DNA of 64,000 bases, from assembly GCF_006345805.1 (NCBI RefSeq), contig NC_042998.1, positions 63,116,001 through 63,180,000 of the forward strand. The letters are read 5' to 3'. Position 1 is the first letter of the stretch; each line of letters starts with the position of its first letter. This DNA comes from Octopus sinensis (taxonomy: Eukaryota). Of this stretch, positions 1 to 12,599 are shown one piece after another. The notes beneath the pieces were generated by a model. It did no database searches. It was not told where the DNA came from and was given only the letters and a program-made list of their open reading frames with translations. A program made the translations under genes and the position numbers.

Positions 1-827
1 CAAATCGGAACAGATATTTTTCACGAGGCATTCTCGTCCATGCCTCGCCAATATCTGACCTAAAATTTTCAAATCGTCGCACTCGCGCCAAATTTATCGG
101 CAGCAAATAAATATAAGCCGCCGATTCCATTACGGAACCAACCAGAAAATTCATAATTAATCAATAGGGAGGCAAAAAAATTTTGTAGAATTCTTTTGCC
201 CCCAGCGGCCTAGTGGGAAAAATAAATAGTCATAAACCATTTTTAAGTTCAATATCACAATCAAGGAACGGCCATAATAGGCCATTCACCCACTAGAAAT
301 AACAGCCAAAAAGCTTCAACCGCAAAATAACATTAATTCCGTAAACCAGGAGAAAATTAAAAAACATTTACCCTGAAATTCCTTATACGATGCACCGTTT
401 CTTCTACTGTTTTTTTTGCCTCCCTATATTGATTAATTATGAATTTTCTGGTTGGTTCCGTAATGGAATCGGCGGCTTATATTTATTTGCTGCCGATAAA
501 TTTGGCGCGAGTGCGACGATTTGAAAATTTTAGGTCAGATATTGGCGAGGCATGGACGAGAATGCCTCGTGAAAAATATCTGTTCCGATTTGGCTATTCC
601 TTACTGATGAATCTAAGGGCCTATGGTAGATTGGCTTGATTTAATTTAATCTTGTTAGTTTACCATTAAACAGTAGAAGAAACGGTGCATCGTATAAAGA
701 ATTTCAGGGTAAATGTTTTTTAATTTTCTCCTGGTTTACGGAATTAATGTTATTTTGCGGTTGAAGCTTTTTGGCTGTTATTTCTAGCGGTGAATGGCCT
801 ATTATGGCCGTTCCTTGATTGTGATAT
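1..827 (+). mobile_element. Fold-back, circularly permuted non-coding element carrying a hammerhead ribozyme (Penelope pLTR/retrozyme-like)
   Basis: 1-180 is the reverse complement of about 411-592, and 252-412 is the reverse complement of 668-827 (A-B-A'-B' layout). Hammerhead at 596-702. Ends in (TA)n. The element runs off the window start. Confidence 0.75.
596..702 (+). ncRNA. Type I hammerhead ribozyme (long stem II, A.A at base of stem II, GUA site)
   Basis: Stem I ATTCCTTA(596-603)/TAAAGAAT(695-702); CTGATGA 604-610; stem II closed by TCTA/TAGA with inner TGGTAGA/TTTACCA; GAAA 679-682; near-palindromic stem III ACGGTGCATCGT; predicted cleavage after A694. Confidence 0.8.
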
Positions 828-899
828 ATATATATATAGATATAATATATATATATATATATATGTGTGTGTATATTGTATGTATGTGTGTGAACACGT

Positions 900-942
<43 letters not shown>

Positions 943-1197
943 GTATGTATATCTAAGAGTGGACGCAACAGTTTAATGTTATATCACGAACATCGTTGTC
1001 GATACAATTAAGGTTATTATTTTTGCTATTGTCATCACTATATTGCTGTTGTTCTTGCATTTGCTGCTGGTGATGATGGTTATCTGCTTCCTCCTTCTCC
1101 TCCTCCTCCGCCTCCTCCTCCCCATCATCATCTCGTTAAAAGATTGTTGTAACTAAATTGTTTCCTAATTGTTTAGACATGTTTTGTATCGATACGC

Positions 1198-1340
1198 CTA
1201 ATATTTGAGGAATTTGGAAAGCTGTTGACTGATCGATTTTCTTTCATACATTAGTATCTTAGCAACCAAGACATTAAATGCGTTCCACTCTGGAGGGGGT
1301 GGTGTGTAGGTCGGTAACAATGTCCAGTACAGAGCCACAT
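1198..1340 (-). CDS. Candidate coding exon of an unidentified gene (reads VALYWTLLPTYTPPPPEWNAFNVLVAKILMYERKSISQQLSKFLKY*)
   Basis: Pyrimidine-rich acceptor (..ttcggtttgtttacag) followed by an open, protein-like frame to TAG. No homology recognised. Confidence 0.2.
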
Positions 1341-2214
1341 CTGTAAACAAACCGAAGACTCCGAAGAAAGGTTAAGAAGAAAATTTATGAAAAAAAAAAT
1401 AATTGAAAAAATAAAAACGAAACGCTTTTGCTTGTTTTAAATTAGTTTATTTAAAGTATTTTATATTTGTTTTGTGTTTTGTATTTTGCATTGTGTTGAT
1501 AGTGTATTGGTTAGCAAGCTATGTGATACAGGAAAAGGTTGGTGCTGCATAAAAGACATTATCACAGAACAGAAATAAAAAAACAACAAAACAAACGAAG
1601 CACCATATTGAAATTAGAGAAATTTTAATGTGTAGACGAGAAGAAGAAAGATGCGACTATTTACAGTTGGTGAGAGACATTGAAAATATTTTAAAACGCA
1701 TGCAACTAACTACCTAACTACGATGAAAACATTAAATATATTGGTAGTTCAGAGCTGATATTAACTAAATAAGAACAATAAATAAACGAAACAAAATATT
1801 GTTGTTTAACAAAAAAATAACTACAACAAATAGGCATGTGTATCTCTGTGGGTAGACTGTTTGATTTATAGTAATGTTATTCAATGTCTGGCCCCATAGC
1901 GCGGGAATTTGAGCAAGTGTCATCGGCAATAACCTTAGGTTAACAAATACGTGAGTAGAAGTTAAAACACAGACACAGACACACAAACACGTACACACAC
2001 ATACGTACGCACACACACTCACGCATACACACGTACGCAACACACAAGGGAACAAACATATTTTACTCATATATATTATGTATTATACATACATATATAA
2101 CACAAATATGCATACACATACATATTTGCATATACTTATATATATATTATGTATGTATATATATATATATATATATATACATATACTTATACACACCCCC
2201 ATATACGCGCGCAA

Positions 2215-2249
<35 letters not shown>

Positions 2250-2289
2250 AAAACACAGAAGACAGAAGTAAATAGACACTCTTATAACC

Positions 2290-3210
2290 ATTAAAATGAC
2301 CAATGTTTTCTTCAGGAATTTCTTGTCAATTTTCATGTAGTAATCTCAAAAGGTCTGGCTTTGAAGATACTTTCTTGTTCTTTTCCAGAAGTGTATTGTC
2401 CATTATATGCTAGAAGTATTCAATAGGGTTCATATCTGGTGACATGGAACCTTTTTAATGCCATCCTCGTCCAACAAATCTTGTGTCATTTTAGCCGTGT
2501 GACAAGGAACCGCATCTGCCATAAATAAAGAGTCCTTTTTAATAATTTCTATATTGGAGATGATTGGAAGGAGTCCTTTCTGCAATATGGTTACATATTT
2601 ATCTGAATTTATGTCTCCCCTCTACTCAACGATTGCTCCAAATTGCTTTCCAGGCCTTCACAGTATCGCTGCCGTGTTTCATAGTTGGCTGCAATCTTTT
2701 CTGATGAATATTGTGATCACAGATTCTCCAGACCCACACTCGACCGCTCGCAGGAAATACTGCAAATCTGGACTAATCAGAGAATATGACTGTGTCCCAA
2801 ATTGCTAGTGGCCTCTCCACAATCTCAGTGGCTCATTCTTTTCTCTGCTTGATGCTAGCTGGTCGAAGAGATGGCTTCCTACTTGCTGCTCTGGCATAGT
2901 AACCAAGTTTATGAGTAAACCTGAGAGCTGTTCTGGGACTGATATAAACTTGTTCTGCTATGTCACGGCTTTGAAATGAGGATTATTCTCCACACTTCCC
3001 TTAACAAAGAGAAGAGTCCTGTCAGAGATCTCTAATTAATCTAGGCGAGGTGATATGGACTTCTTCCACTCTCTAGTAAATTGCACAATCACTATTAACT
3101 GTAGAAAGCAGGATCCCAAGGTCTTCTCCGATTTTACGCTATGACCACATTCAGAATGACCCACAATACGGCCCGTTTGAAATTCAGGCAATTCCATGGC
3201 TTCTTTTGTA
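2290..3210 (-). pseudogene. Decayed Tc1-family (DD34E-type) transposase
   Basis: Minus-strand fragments ELPEFQTGRIVGH (HTH), FSD*SRFAVFPASGRVWVWR, PTMKHGSDTVKAW, DAVPCHTAK and SPDMNPIEYF* match Tc1 motifs, with stops and frameshifts. Confidence 0.85.
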
Positions 3211-3341
3211 CATGGTATGATTATACAGTCACATATAGAACCTGAAACGTAAAAATGTCAACTAATGTAAAATATAAACATTTACAAATTAGTATAAACA
3301 TAAAGCGATTTATAGGGTATCTATTTACTCCTGTCATGACA

Positions 3342-3402
<61 letters not shown>

Positions 3403-3873
3403 GTATATAACTATATATATATGCAACATCGATATTCCTCCCTGTATTTGTGGAATCCTGTATCCCTGCCATAAGGCTTCATTTCCACACACGCCAGCTT
3501 AATTTAATTCGACCTTATTCGAAAGCCACCTGTTCTTATGTCCTGTTATTATTTTATTGTATTTGTATCACGCTGTCCATTTTTTGCCGTCCTTGTTTTT
3601 GTATACATTCGCTGCTTTCCTCCAAGGAATCTAATGCTCTTAGCTTAGTTTTTTCCTTGGGGCTGGCCAGAATGAAGCAATCGCAAGTATAATCAGCCGA
3701 CATTGCGAAGATAATATGGTACTTTACTGAAGAAAGAAAACTTCGAATGAACCGTCTTTGTTTTCTTTGTATCGTATATCTGGATGTTTTGTTGTCCCAT
3801 TTTTGTATCACCTTACTGTCCGGCCGGCTGTTTTCCGTTCTTGTGCCATCTTGTATTATATATACATATAAGT

Positions 3874-3963
<90 letters not shown>

Positions 3964-3964
3964 A

Positions 3965-4400
3965 TTTTACTTGATTCAGCTAAAGAGTCCCGTCCTTGCT
4001 GGGGCATCTGCATTTGTGTGTTCCTTTGTTGACGCACTATTATATCAACACTGGGCATCTGTTTTTGGTTCTGGTGAATCAGTGGTTCTGGTGGAAGTCG
4101 ACCATATTTGCGTTCCTTGTCATAAGGTGGTTTTTATGTATTATCTCTGAGATAAGTTTGTTCAAGTGTTCTTTGAATATTTCACGATCTAAGCCATTTA
4201 GGTCACTTCTTCACGGCATGTATTGAAAAGGCGACGGCACTTGAAATCTAAGATGTGAAGTATAGAGTTAGTGCTCTAGATGTTGAGAACGGGAGATTCG
4301 GTGACATCCAGTTAAGCCCAGTTCGAGGATTCGTTATCTTTAGTTGTTCGATGTTTGGTGTATCTTCACTCGTATTGCACTGATGCCATTATCTTGGTAT
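3965..4400 (-). mobile_element. 3' remnant of a CR1/L2-like LINE
   Basis: Minus strand reads NGLDREIFKEHLNKLISEI, resembling the C-terminus of CR1/L2-type ORF2. It ends in gatgccccagcaaggacgggactctttagctgaatcaagtaaaat, similar to the SINE-A tail. Confidence 0.55.
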
Positions 4401-4665
4401 ACTACTTCAAGTATTACGCTATTTTGTAGCCATAGAAAGTAGCCATAGAAAGTAATACTACTTCAAGTGACTGAAAAATAATACCCTCTACAAGACACAT
4501 AATTCAGTTTTTCTGTTTTCAAGAGTCTCAGAATGCAACGAACCAGTCGTCTATGCATTGGAGCTAGCTGAATATGCATACCGGCTGAAGCGACATCACT
4601 TACATTAATTTTCAAACGTGCAAATAAATATGTATATATGTGTGTGTGTGTGTGTTTGTGTGTGT

Positions 4666-4714
<49 letters not shown>

Positions 4715-5528
4715 GTGTGTGTGTGTGTGTGTGTTTGTGTGTGTGTGTATAGAATGTTTGAAGTGGTGTACAGATATTGTATATTAAGAAGGAGGCAGTC
4801 AGAAATTTGAATAATTCTTTAATAGCGCTTTCGTTCGTTCATTCGAATTCATCCAGAAAGTTTGTACCGCGATATATATAAATCAAAAAGAGGATGTTGT
4901 TTTGTTTTGTTTGTGTATATATATTTTATATAATTTCAATACGTAGCAAATTATTCAGGAGAAAAATACTTGCGAAAATGTTATTGACTATTATTTTCTA
5001 GCACTGAGACAGCTCTGATTTGGAGCGAAGCAAATCAGTGCAGCGCAGAATTCGACGTGACGTATTGGAGATTCTTTTCATCATCGTAACTCGTGTTGAG
5101 AAAGGTGAGGCTATAACGCCAGTCCAGAAACCGGTCCACGTGATTCCAAATACTAGAATATATGTTGAATGATTCTCTAGAAGTGTTTGGTCGCAGACGA
5201 TTCATTTCTGAAATTATTATCACTGTTATTTCCAGCAAGTAGACATACTCAGTATGTCCTTTGATTAATATAAATTTTATTTCTTCAGCTATTTAATACT
5301 TCTTTGGGCCTGAAATCACGCACACACGCAAATGCACACACAAACACACACACACAAACACACACACACACACACACACGCACACACAAACACAAACACA
5401 CACACACACATAAATTACAACTGTGATGTTGTTGGTAAACGATGTTCTTTGTCTATCTCCTTATCCTTTTGAAGATTTTGGGTAAAATTATACTAATGTG
5501 TCCTAATTTAATTACATTCTATGTCTTT

Positions 5529-5600
5529 ATGCAGCTGAAGATTGCTCTACATTTTAAATTGTTCAATTAAATGAGGTTGCATGAAACGATCGTACTGCAT
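5529..5600 (+). ncRNA. Type I hammerhead ribozyme (U.U at base of stem II, GUA site)
   Basis: Stem I ATGCAG(5529-5534)/CTGCAT(5595-5600); CTGAAGA 5535-5541; stem II TGC/GCA with CATTT/AAATG; GAAA 5583-5586; perfect palindromic stem III ACGATCGT; predicted cleavage after A5594. Confidence 0.8.
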
Positions 5601-6409
5601 TACCTCTAGATATCCTTGTTGCTTATTTTGTATATATATACATATATATGCCTTAGATCCTGTTATGGTATAATGCTAGGGTATTTCCAGTTACAATTGT
5701 TCCAGTTGTTTCTAGACCAACTCTGCTTGCAATGCCAGTTTACGCAAAATTCGAAATCAAATTTTACGTAATGTTCGCTGTTTTAGACGTTGGAGTGGCA
5801 GTTCATCAGACTTGCATCCAAAATACGCTTTCGCATTGTGCATCCTCGAGTCATTGCTTTTTGGGCCATATCGGGGTGGGGGGTAAAAAGTAAATAAAAG
5901 TGTGCCCAGGAGATGCGTAATTAGAATAGAGATCAAATCGGGAGGATGGACGAAAAATACTTACGAAAGAAGAAAGAAGAATGATGAGGAGGAAGAGAAG
6001 GAGAAGAATAACAAGTAGTAGAAGAGGAAGGGGAGGAGAAGAAGGTGAAGAAGAAGAAGAAACTAAGGCCATTGATAAATGAAGAAAAGACGATATATAT
6101 AGTAACTCACAAGTGGACTGAAGATTTACATAGTGGCCGGTCAGTACAGCGTTTGTCACTGGTACCAAATTTCGTTTGGTGGGTGAAAATTTATTTGACC
6201 ACTAGATAAAATTAACCAGCGGCAACTTGAAATATACAAAGGAGAAAATATGATTGAGTTGACAACTCTGGGTGTGTCCTCATGAGACAAAGTAGAAATT
6301 GAGAATTTAGAGTTGGAAAAGTTGTCAAGAATTTTATCAACCGTGTTAGTTTCGAACACATAAGTATTTATGTATATGTATGTGTATGTATACACACACG
6401 CACCCCCCC

Positions 6410-6441
<32 letters not shown>

Positions 6442-6735
6442 TACATACAAATGTGTGTGTGTGTGCACGCAAGCCATAACGTCTATCCATGTTTCGCGTA
6501 TATCTTTATTCATTCGAAAATGCACGGGTGAAAATTGACGCGAACTTCTTATATGAAATATATTGAACTTCAGTTATATTCTGAATATACGGTGTATTCT
6601 CATTTTGTTGAGAATTATGTATGTATGTATCATTCTCTCTCTCTATATATATACGACTCTCTCTCTCTCTCTATATATATATATATGTATGGAATTTTAA
6701 ACAAACACATGTACATAGAGACAAAGGAGGAAAAG

Positions 6736-6737
<2 letters not shown>

Positions 6738-6806
<69 letters not shown>
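6738..6806. repeat. (AGAT)n microsatellite
   Basis: Tetranucleotide tract seen directly. Confidence 0.95.
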
Positions 6807-8379
6807 GTGGAGAGAAAGAGATTTTGATTGTATGAGTGTCTTGGAGAAATGAAGAGATTAGAAAACTGGCTCTCATACAGCAATTCACCGCTAATATCCT
6901 GTCTACTCTATGCCAAACCCACGCAGCCAGAAGTAATTGTCGTGGTTATAAGTCAAGGCTACCAGATACATGATTTTCGAATGGTTGTTCAACCAATCCG
7001 AAATCATAAATAATCCGACATGCTACGATTTTTGTTTATATGTTGAGTGAGTCTAAATACTAAACGTCTTGTCTGGAGAAGACTTGTTTTTTGTGTTTGC
7101 CAAAACGAGTACCAGTTGAACTACTGAAAGTATTTGGTCACAACATATATATTTTGAGTTCGATATTATATATACGCCATAATAAGTATTTTAATAGAAA
7201 TTTAACTATTGTTTATTCGTGCAGAGGAATTCTCGGAGTCATTGCGACATTGAGGTCAGTAATTTATGCAGACACAATGCGTGGATTCAGTGGAAATTCA
7301 CATTTACAAAGATAATATTTGCCTTGATCTTTAAGGATAATTTTAAAACGAAAAGCTGCATAATATTGTCAGTCATGGTATCTGAGAAACTTAAATGATT
7401 TTACTCACTGTAATGTCATTTATTTGGCAGACATTTTATAGGACCGATTTGAAATGTATATTCAATTTAGCTACCCGTAGACATTACGTAGGCTGAAAGC
7501 GGTGCTTTTCGTCTCTTCTGACGGAATAGAGTAAACAACAATAGAATACTGGGATTGATTCATTCCCAATATATTTCCATGCCTTGAAAAATTGGCTTAG
7601 TGCCTAGTGCGAAGTGATCGATAATTACAAGCATTATATGTGTGCATCCGAGATGAATGTAGAATATATTGGGAGCAAAAGCAAAGCAAGAAATTGTCAT
7701 ATTATTAACTGCATGGTCTGTTTCTAGCATGAGAAACTATATGTATTATGGAATAATTCACATATAATAGATACTGGAAACCTGGTAAGAAGAGTTTCAT
7801 AAGCTGGTCGTCGTGTTAAAATCACTAGACTGCATTGATTAGGAGTGACCTAAAAGGGTTAGGTCTCAAAAAGGAAATATTGGAAAACTGCCGGAAGAAA
7901 TCAATTTTGTGGTCCTGCCGCATTCTAAGTCTACACGACAAAGCAGATGTTAAATCATACATAATGGAGAGTGCGATAATAATAATGGGGAAGCAGTGCT
8001 GTTCTTTAAGTAAATGTCACAACCAAAATAATCTATGAAACCACAGAACTGAAATGAAAAACATATTTTAAAGTTAGAAATAGAAAATATCTTAGAATCT
8101 CATTGAGGTATTGACGTTATGCATCCATATACATTTTATCATTTTATTTTTAGACAGACAAATTGAAAGCCAATCAGGATTTAGAAAAGCAAAGAAGTAC
8201 ACACTCCAATGGAAATAGAAAGTCATCTCCGAATTTATTCAGGTGAATAAAATTATAAATGTCTTTAAGATAAATGTGTTTTTCTGATATTTTACAGGAG
8301 AGTCCGAGGCAAATCGAACAACAAGAATATAAAGAGGATATAATAATAAAATGCAAGTAGATAATATATATATATATAT

Positions 8380-8474
<95 letters not shown>

Positions 8475-9204
8475 GTATATATATATATATACATTGCTTA
8501 TTCTTGTATTGTTGTGTGTGAGTGCATATATATATATATATATGTATATAGATATTATGTATAATGCAAGAACAAGGAATTTATAATTCACATGAAAAAC
8601 ATATATAACTGTTCGATTTGTTTTTTTCATATTTTAACCAGATATAGCAAATTCAGGAACAAAAAAATACATTCACTTGTAATAAATATTCAGTGAATGG
8701 CCAATAAACATAGTTACTGGTTTTGTTGGTGAGAAGTTTGAACCGGTGAACTATTAAATACACATTTAATAGTTCCAACCAACGATAAGAATTCATATTC
8801 ACATTTCTTTACTTATTTATTTTCTCATTTTGATTTAATTTTCCCCCTTAAAACCAGAAAATATTTCACTAATAAGTTGTCATAAAATGGAAAGAGAAGA
8901 AAAAGATCAAAATATTTCAAAATCTAAAATCGAATTTTGTCAAAATCTGTAACATAAAAATATGCAGTCACTTTTATTTAATGATGTTTTAAAAGTTCGA
9001 AATTAAATTTCAGATTGAAATGTCTGTTGAAGTAAAACATTGCATGCGTTATTGATGTAAAAGTGATTTTCTTCAATGAATGTTAAATAACAATAAATGA
9101 ATAGGCAAGAGCTACAGCAGCATCCAAGTTCGCCTTGACATTCCCTCTATTTCATATAGCTAAGTATGATCAGTATGGTTACATTTATATGCTGTTTCCT
9201 AGGT

Positions 9205-9610
9205 GCAAGCGGGGCTGTGTGGCTAAGAAGATTGATTGCGTCCCAGCATTATTCAGTTCAGTCCTACTGCGTGTCCCATTGGACAGGTGTCTTCGGATAT
9301 AGGTCCCGATTGCGAGTCCATTTGGTAAACGGGAACTGAAAGAAGCCTGTCGTAATATTCTTTTATTCTTTTATTTGTTTAAGTCATTTGACTGTGGCCA
9401 TGCTGGAGCACCGCTTTTAGTCGAGCAAATCCAACCCAGGACTATTTGTAAGACTAGTACTTATATAGGTCTCTTTAGTCGAACCGCTATGTTACAGGGA
9501 CGTAGATACGCCAACATCAGTTGTCAAGCGATGGTGGGGGGCGGGGCAGACACACGAAGGTATACATACACATACACACACATATTTATATATATATATA
9601 CACAACTTAT
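9205..9610. mobile_element. SINE-A fragments (degenerate head on +, tail on -)
   Basis: Matches the fuller SINE-A copies at 43201-43646 and 44879-45400. Confidence 0.7.
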
Positions 9611-10319
9611 AAACAAGGGCAAAAAAAAATCCAATGCCAAATATGCCGAAAATAGACTTAAATCGTCAAGAACCATATAATTCATTATTATAAGCACGCA
9701 TCTCGAAGCAAGCCGACAGAAATTTCTAAAAAAATTTCGTTATTATAGAATTTTCTCGTCGTATATGCGAATAAACACCCCCAAATTAGAGAATGGAGCA
9801 GATAAAATCCATAGCTTGCGGAACCAAGAGGGTAGTAAATTTTCCAAAATATTCGGCTTTGTTGGTTAGAGGTATATTAGGTTTCGGAGGCTATCAAACA
9901 TATGTAGCATGTATTTTATTTACTTCATTCACTAATTTTACGGGAATTTTGCTAACCATGAACTATACAATTAACTCTTTTCAGCTTATCGTACGGAAAA
10001 AAATCACAAAATTCTGCGTCAATAAACCATTGTTGTTCCTGAAAGTTGTTTTTTTTAATATTTTCTACAGATTGAAGCTCTATATCTTCCTTACATCTTC
10101 ATCCTTGGAACTTATCTTTACATGTCAATACTCATTTCTAGCTTCGGGAATGTTAATCCCGTGGCGGACATGGGAATGGACAAAATAAAGCTAAAATTGT
10201 CGTTAAAGGATATGCCTCTAAACAAGAAGACCAAATATTCTAGATAATTTACTACTTCCGAGGTTGTGCTAGCTACGAAACATGTAGCCTGCATATTCTC
10301 TACTCCATTCCCTAAGTTT

Positions 10320-10377
<58 letters not shown>

Positions 10378-10380
10378 TAT

Positions 10381-10587
10381 GTATCGTTTTTGAATTTGGA
10401 TTGCAAGATTCTTTACGTGAGTTCGTGTGTTGAAGCATACTCTGTTGCGTCTGTGGAGAGTCGTTCTCTTTCAGTGCCTTATAATTTAACACACTTCCCG
10501 GTAAAAGAAATAAGTGGAAATTTTATCGGTCAGTGTGTTAAATTATAAGGCATCAAAAGAGAATTACTCACCCCAGACACAACAGTG

Positions 10588-10590
<3 letters not shown>
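10381..10590. repeat. Fold-back repeat element; related copies at 11398-11532 and about 27810-27870
   Basis: About 10437-10495 is the diverged reverse complement of 10531-10590 (gtgtgttaaattataaggca...). Flanked by (TA)n. Confidence 0.65.
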
Positions 10591-10684
<94 letters not shown>

Positions 10685-12098
10685 GTGTGTGTGTCCTTTT
10701 ATTCTTTTATTTGTTTCAGCCATTTGACTGCGGCCGTTGTGTCCTCTTGCCGGACTGTATTTCCCAAAACGGCATTTCGCGGAACAAATAACGTTTGCCT
10801 TCTGATATCATTGACTGAAGACCAAACATTTTGATGCAGGGAAAATTCAATTACATCCACAAGAGTAATTAACACGTATTTTATTTCATGGAATCTAGAA
10901 TGATAAAAGGTAAATTTAACTCCGTCGGGATTTGAAGTCAGAACACCAAGATACGTAATAGAATATAGAAATGCACATCCATAATACAAACATGGTACAT
11001 AGTTGCAATACACACACACACACTGAGAAATGTACACACAAGGAGTCAGAGGTGCATACATATACAAACACACGCTCACACACACATACATAGAAAATAC
11101 ACAAACACGGGCGGACAAGCACATGAATATGCAGAATACATACATACAAATGTACACACATAATACATATATACATATGCATAGAGGCATAGTATATACA
11201 TACACACATGCATGCATACATACACACATACATGCATACGTACATGCATGCACAGGCACACACACACAGACACACACTGACCCACACGCAAGCGCACAAA
11301 CAAACAAAAAGGAATGCATTGTAAATAACGGACAGAGTCAAGACTATTGAAACGTTTGCAAGACGCAACGAAAATATTAGGGAAATAAAAATAGGCAGTA
11401 AGTAGAAATTTTAACCGGTGTGTGTGTTAAATCATAAGGCACAAAAAGAAAACGACTTTCCCCATATACAACAGAATATTCTTCAACACACAAACTCATA
11501 TAGAGAATCTTGCAAACGAAATCTAAAAACGAAATAGAATATAAATATTTAACATTATAAAAATATTGCTATTCTTAATCGCTGTATTCAACACTGCTGA
11601 TATCACTTATTTCCTTTCTCACAAATTGGAGTTTAGTTGCATACAAAATAAAAAATAGTTCGTTTGAAAATATCCATCGTGAAAAAATATTGTGATATTA
11701 GTAGCTCATCACTTCAAACTGATATGAAAATAAATTATGTTTTCATACATAGTTGACATTTAAAATGCATAATGGCGTTATATAATATGTAGATTAACAC
11801 TAGCTAATGTATACACTGTCAATTTTGAACGCGGCCTTGAATATGTTTATCAGCAATGGCTATGATATTTAAAATAAACTACTAATATTCATAGAATGTT
11901 GCTTAAATAATCTGCAATAAATAGATTTCTTGTATGAAAGAACGTTTGCTTTAAACTTCATACTACGATGGAAATAAGTAATTTATACATGTATACGTAC
12001 ATAGAGATGTAGACATATATGTGCAGTGAAGAGTATACGAAGACACACAAGCGCACATGTATATACATACGTATACATAGATAAATATTTTTATGTAT

Positions 12099-12134
<36 letters not shown>

Positions 12135-12218
12135 GCACACACATATACACACAAACGCATGCGCTCGTGCTCATACATACATAGATGCATGTATATGTTC
12201 GTCAAATAAAAACCCGTC

Positions 12219-12542
12219 AAGGTGCGTGGCTTAGTGGTTTGGGCTATTCAGCTCACGCTGATTAGATCGTGTGATCTATTCCTGACCGTGCGATCTGTCT
12301 TTGAGCAAGACACTTTAGTTCAAGTTGCTGCAGTTCACTCACTTGGCAAAAATGAGTTGTACCTGTAATTCAAAGGGACCAGCCTTGTCACATTCTGTGT
12401 CATACTGGATCTCCTTGAGAACCACGTTAAGAGTACGCGTGTCTGTGGAGTACAGAGCGACTTGCACGTTAATTTCTTGAGTAGGATGTACCATTCAGTC
12501 GATCAACTGGAACGTTGGTTGTCGTAACTGACGTCGTGCCAA
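12219..12542 (+). mobile_element. tRNA-headed SINE of a third family (central domain resembles Deu/Nin-type cores)
   Basis: Head ggtgcgtggcttagtggtttggg, core ttgagcaagacacttt...gttgctgcagttcactcacttggcaaaaatgag. The core assignment is from recall and was not searched. Confidence 0.6.
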
Positions 12543-12599
12543 ATTTTTTTAACACTAAAATGTGTGTGTATTTGCTAGCGTAGTTTAGGCCTGAACATA

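Noticed and set aside
439-639. 66-aa ORF
   Set aside because: It lies within the non-coding fold-back ribozyme element and shows no protein similarity.
5740-5815. Minus-strand CTGATGA...GAAC...GTA motif
   Set aside because: GAAA is incomplete, stem II interior is unpaired and stem I does not match.
6115-6215. CTGAAGA...GAAA as a hammerhead
   Set aside because: No closing stem II pairs, and stem I is out of register with the NUH site.
7835-8038. Possible C-terminus of a restriction-like-endonuclease LINE
   Set aside because: Only a vague resemblance, with no diagnostic motif.
10808-10860. CTGAAGA-CC...GG-GAAA as a hammerhead
   Set aside because: No stem I partner; the region is the reverse complement of an old SINE-B copy.
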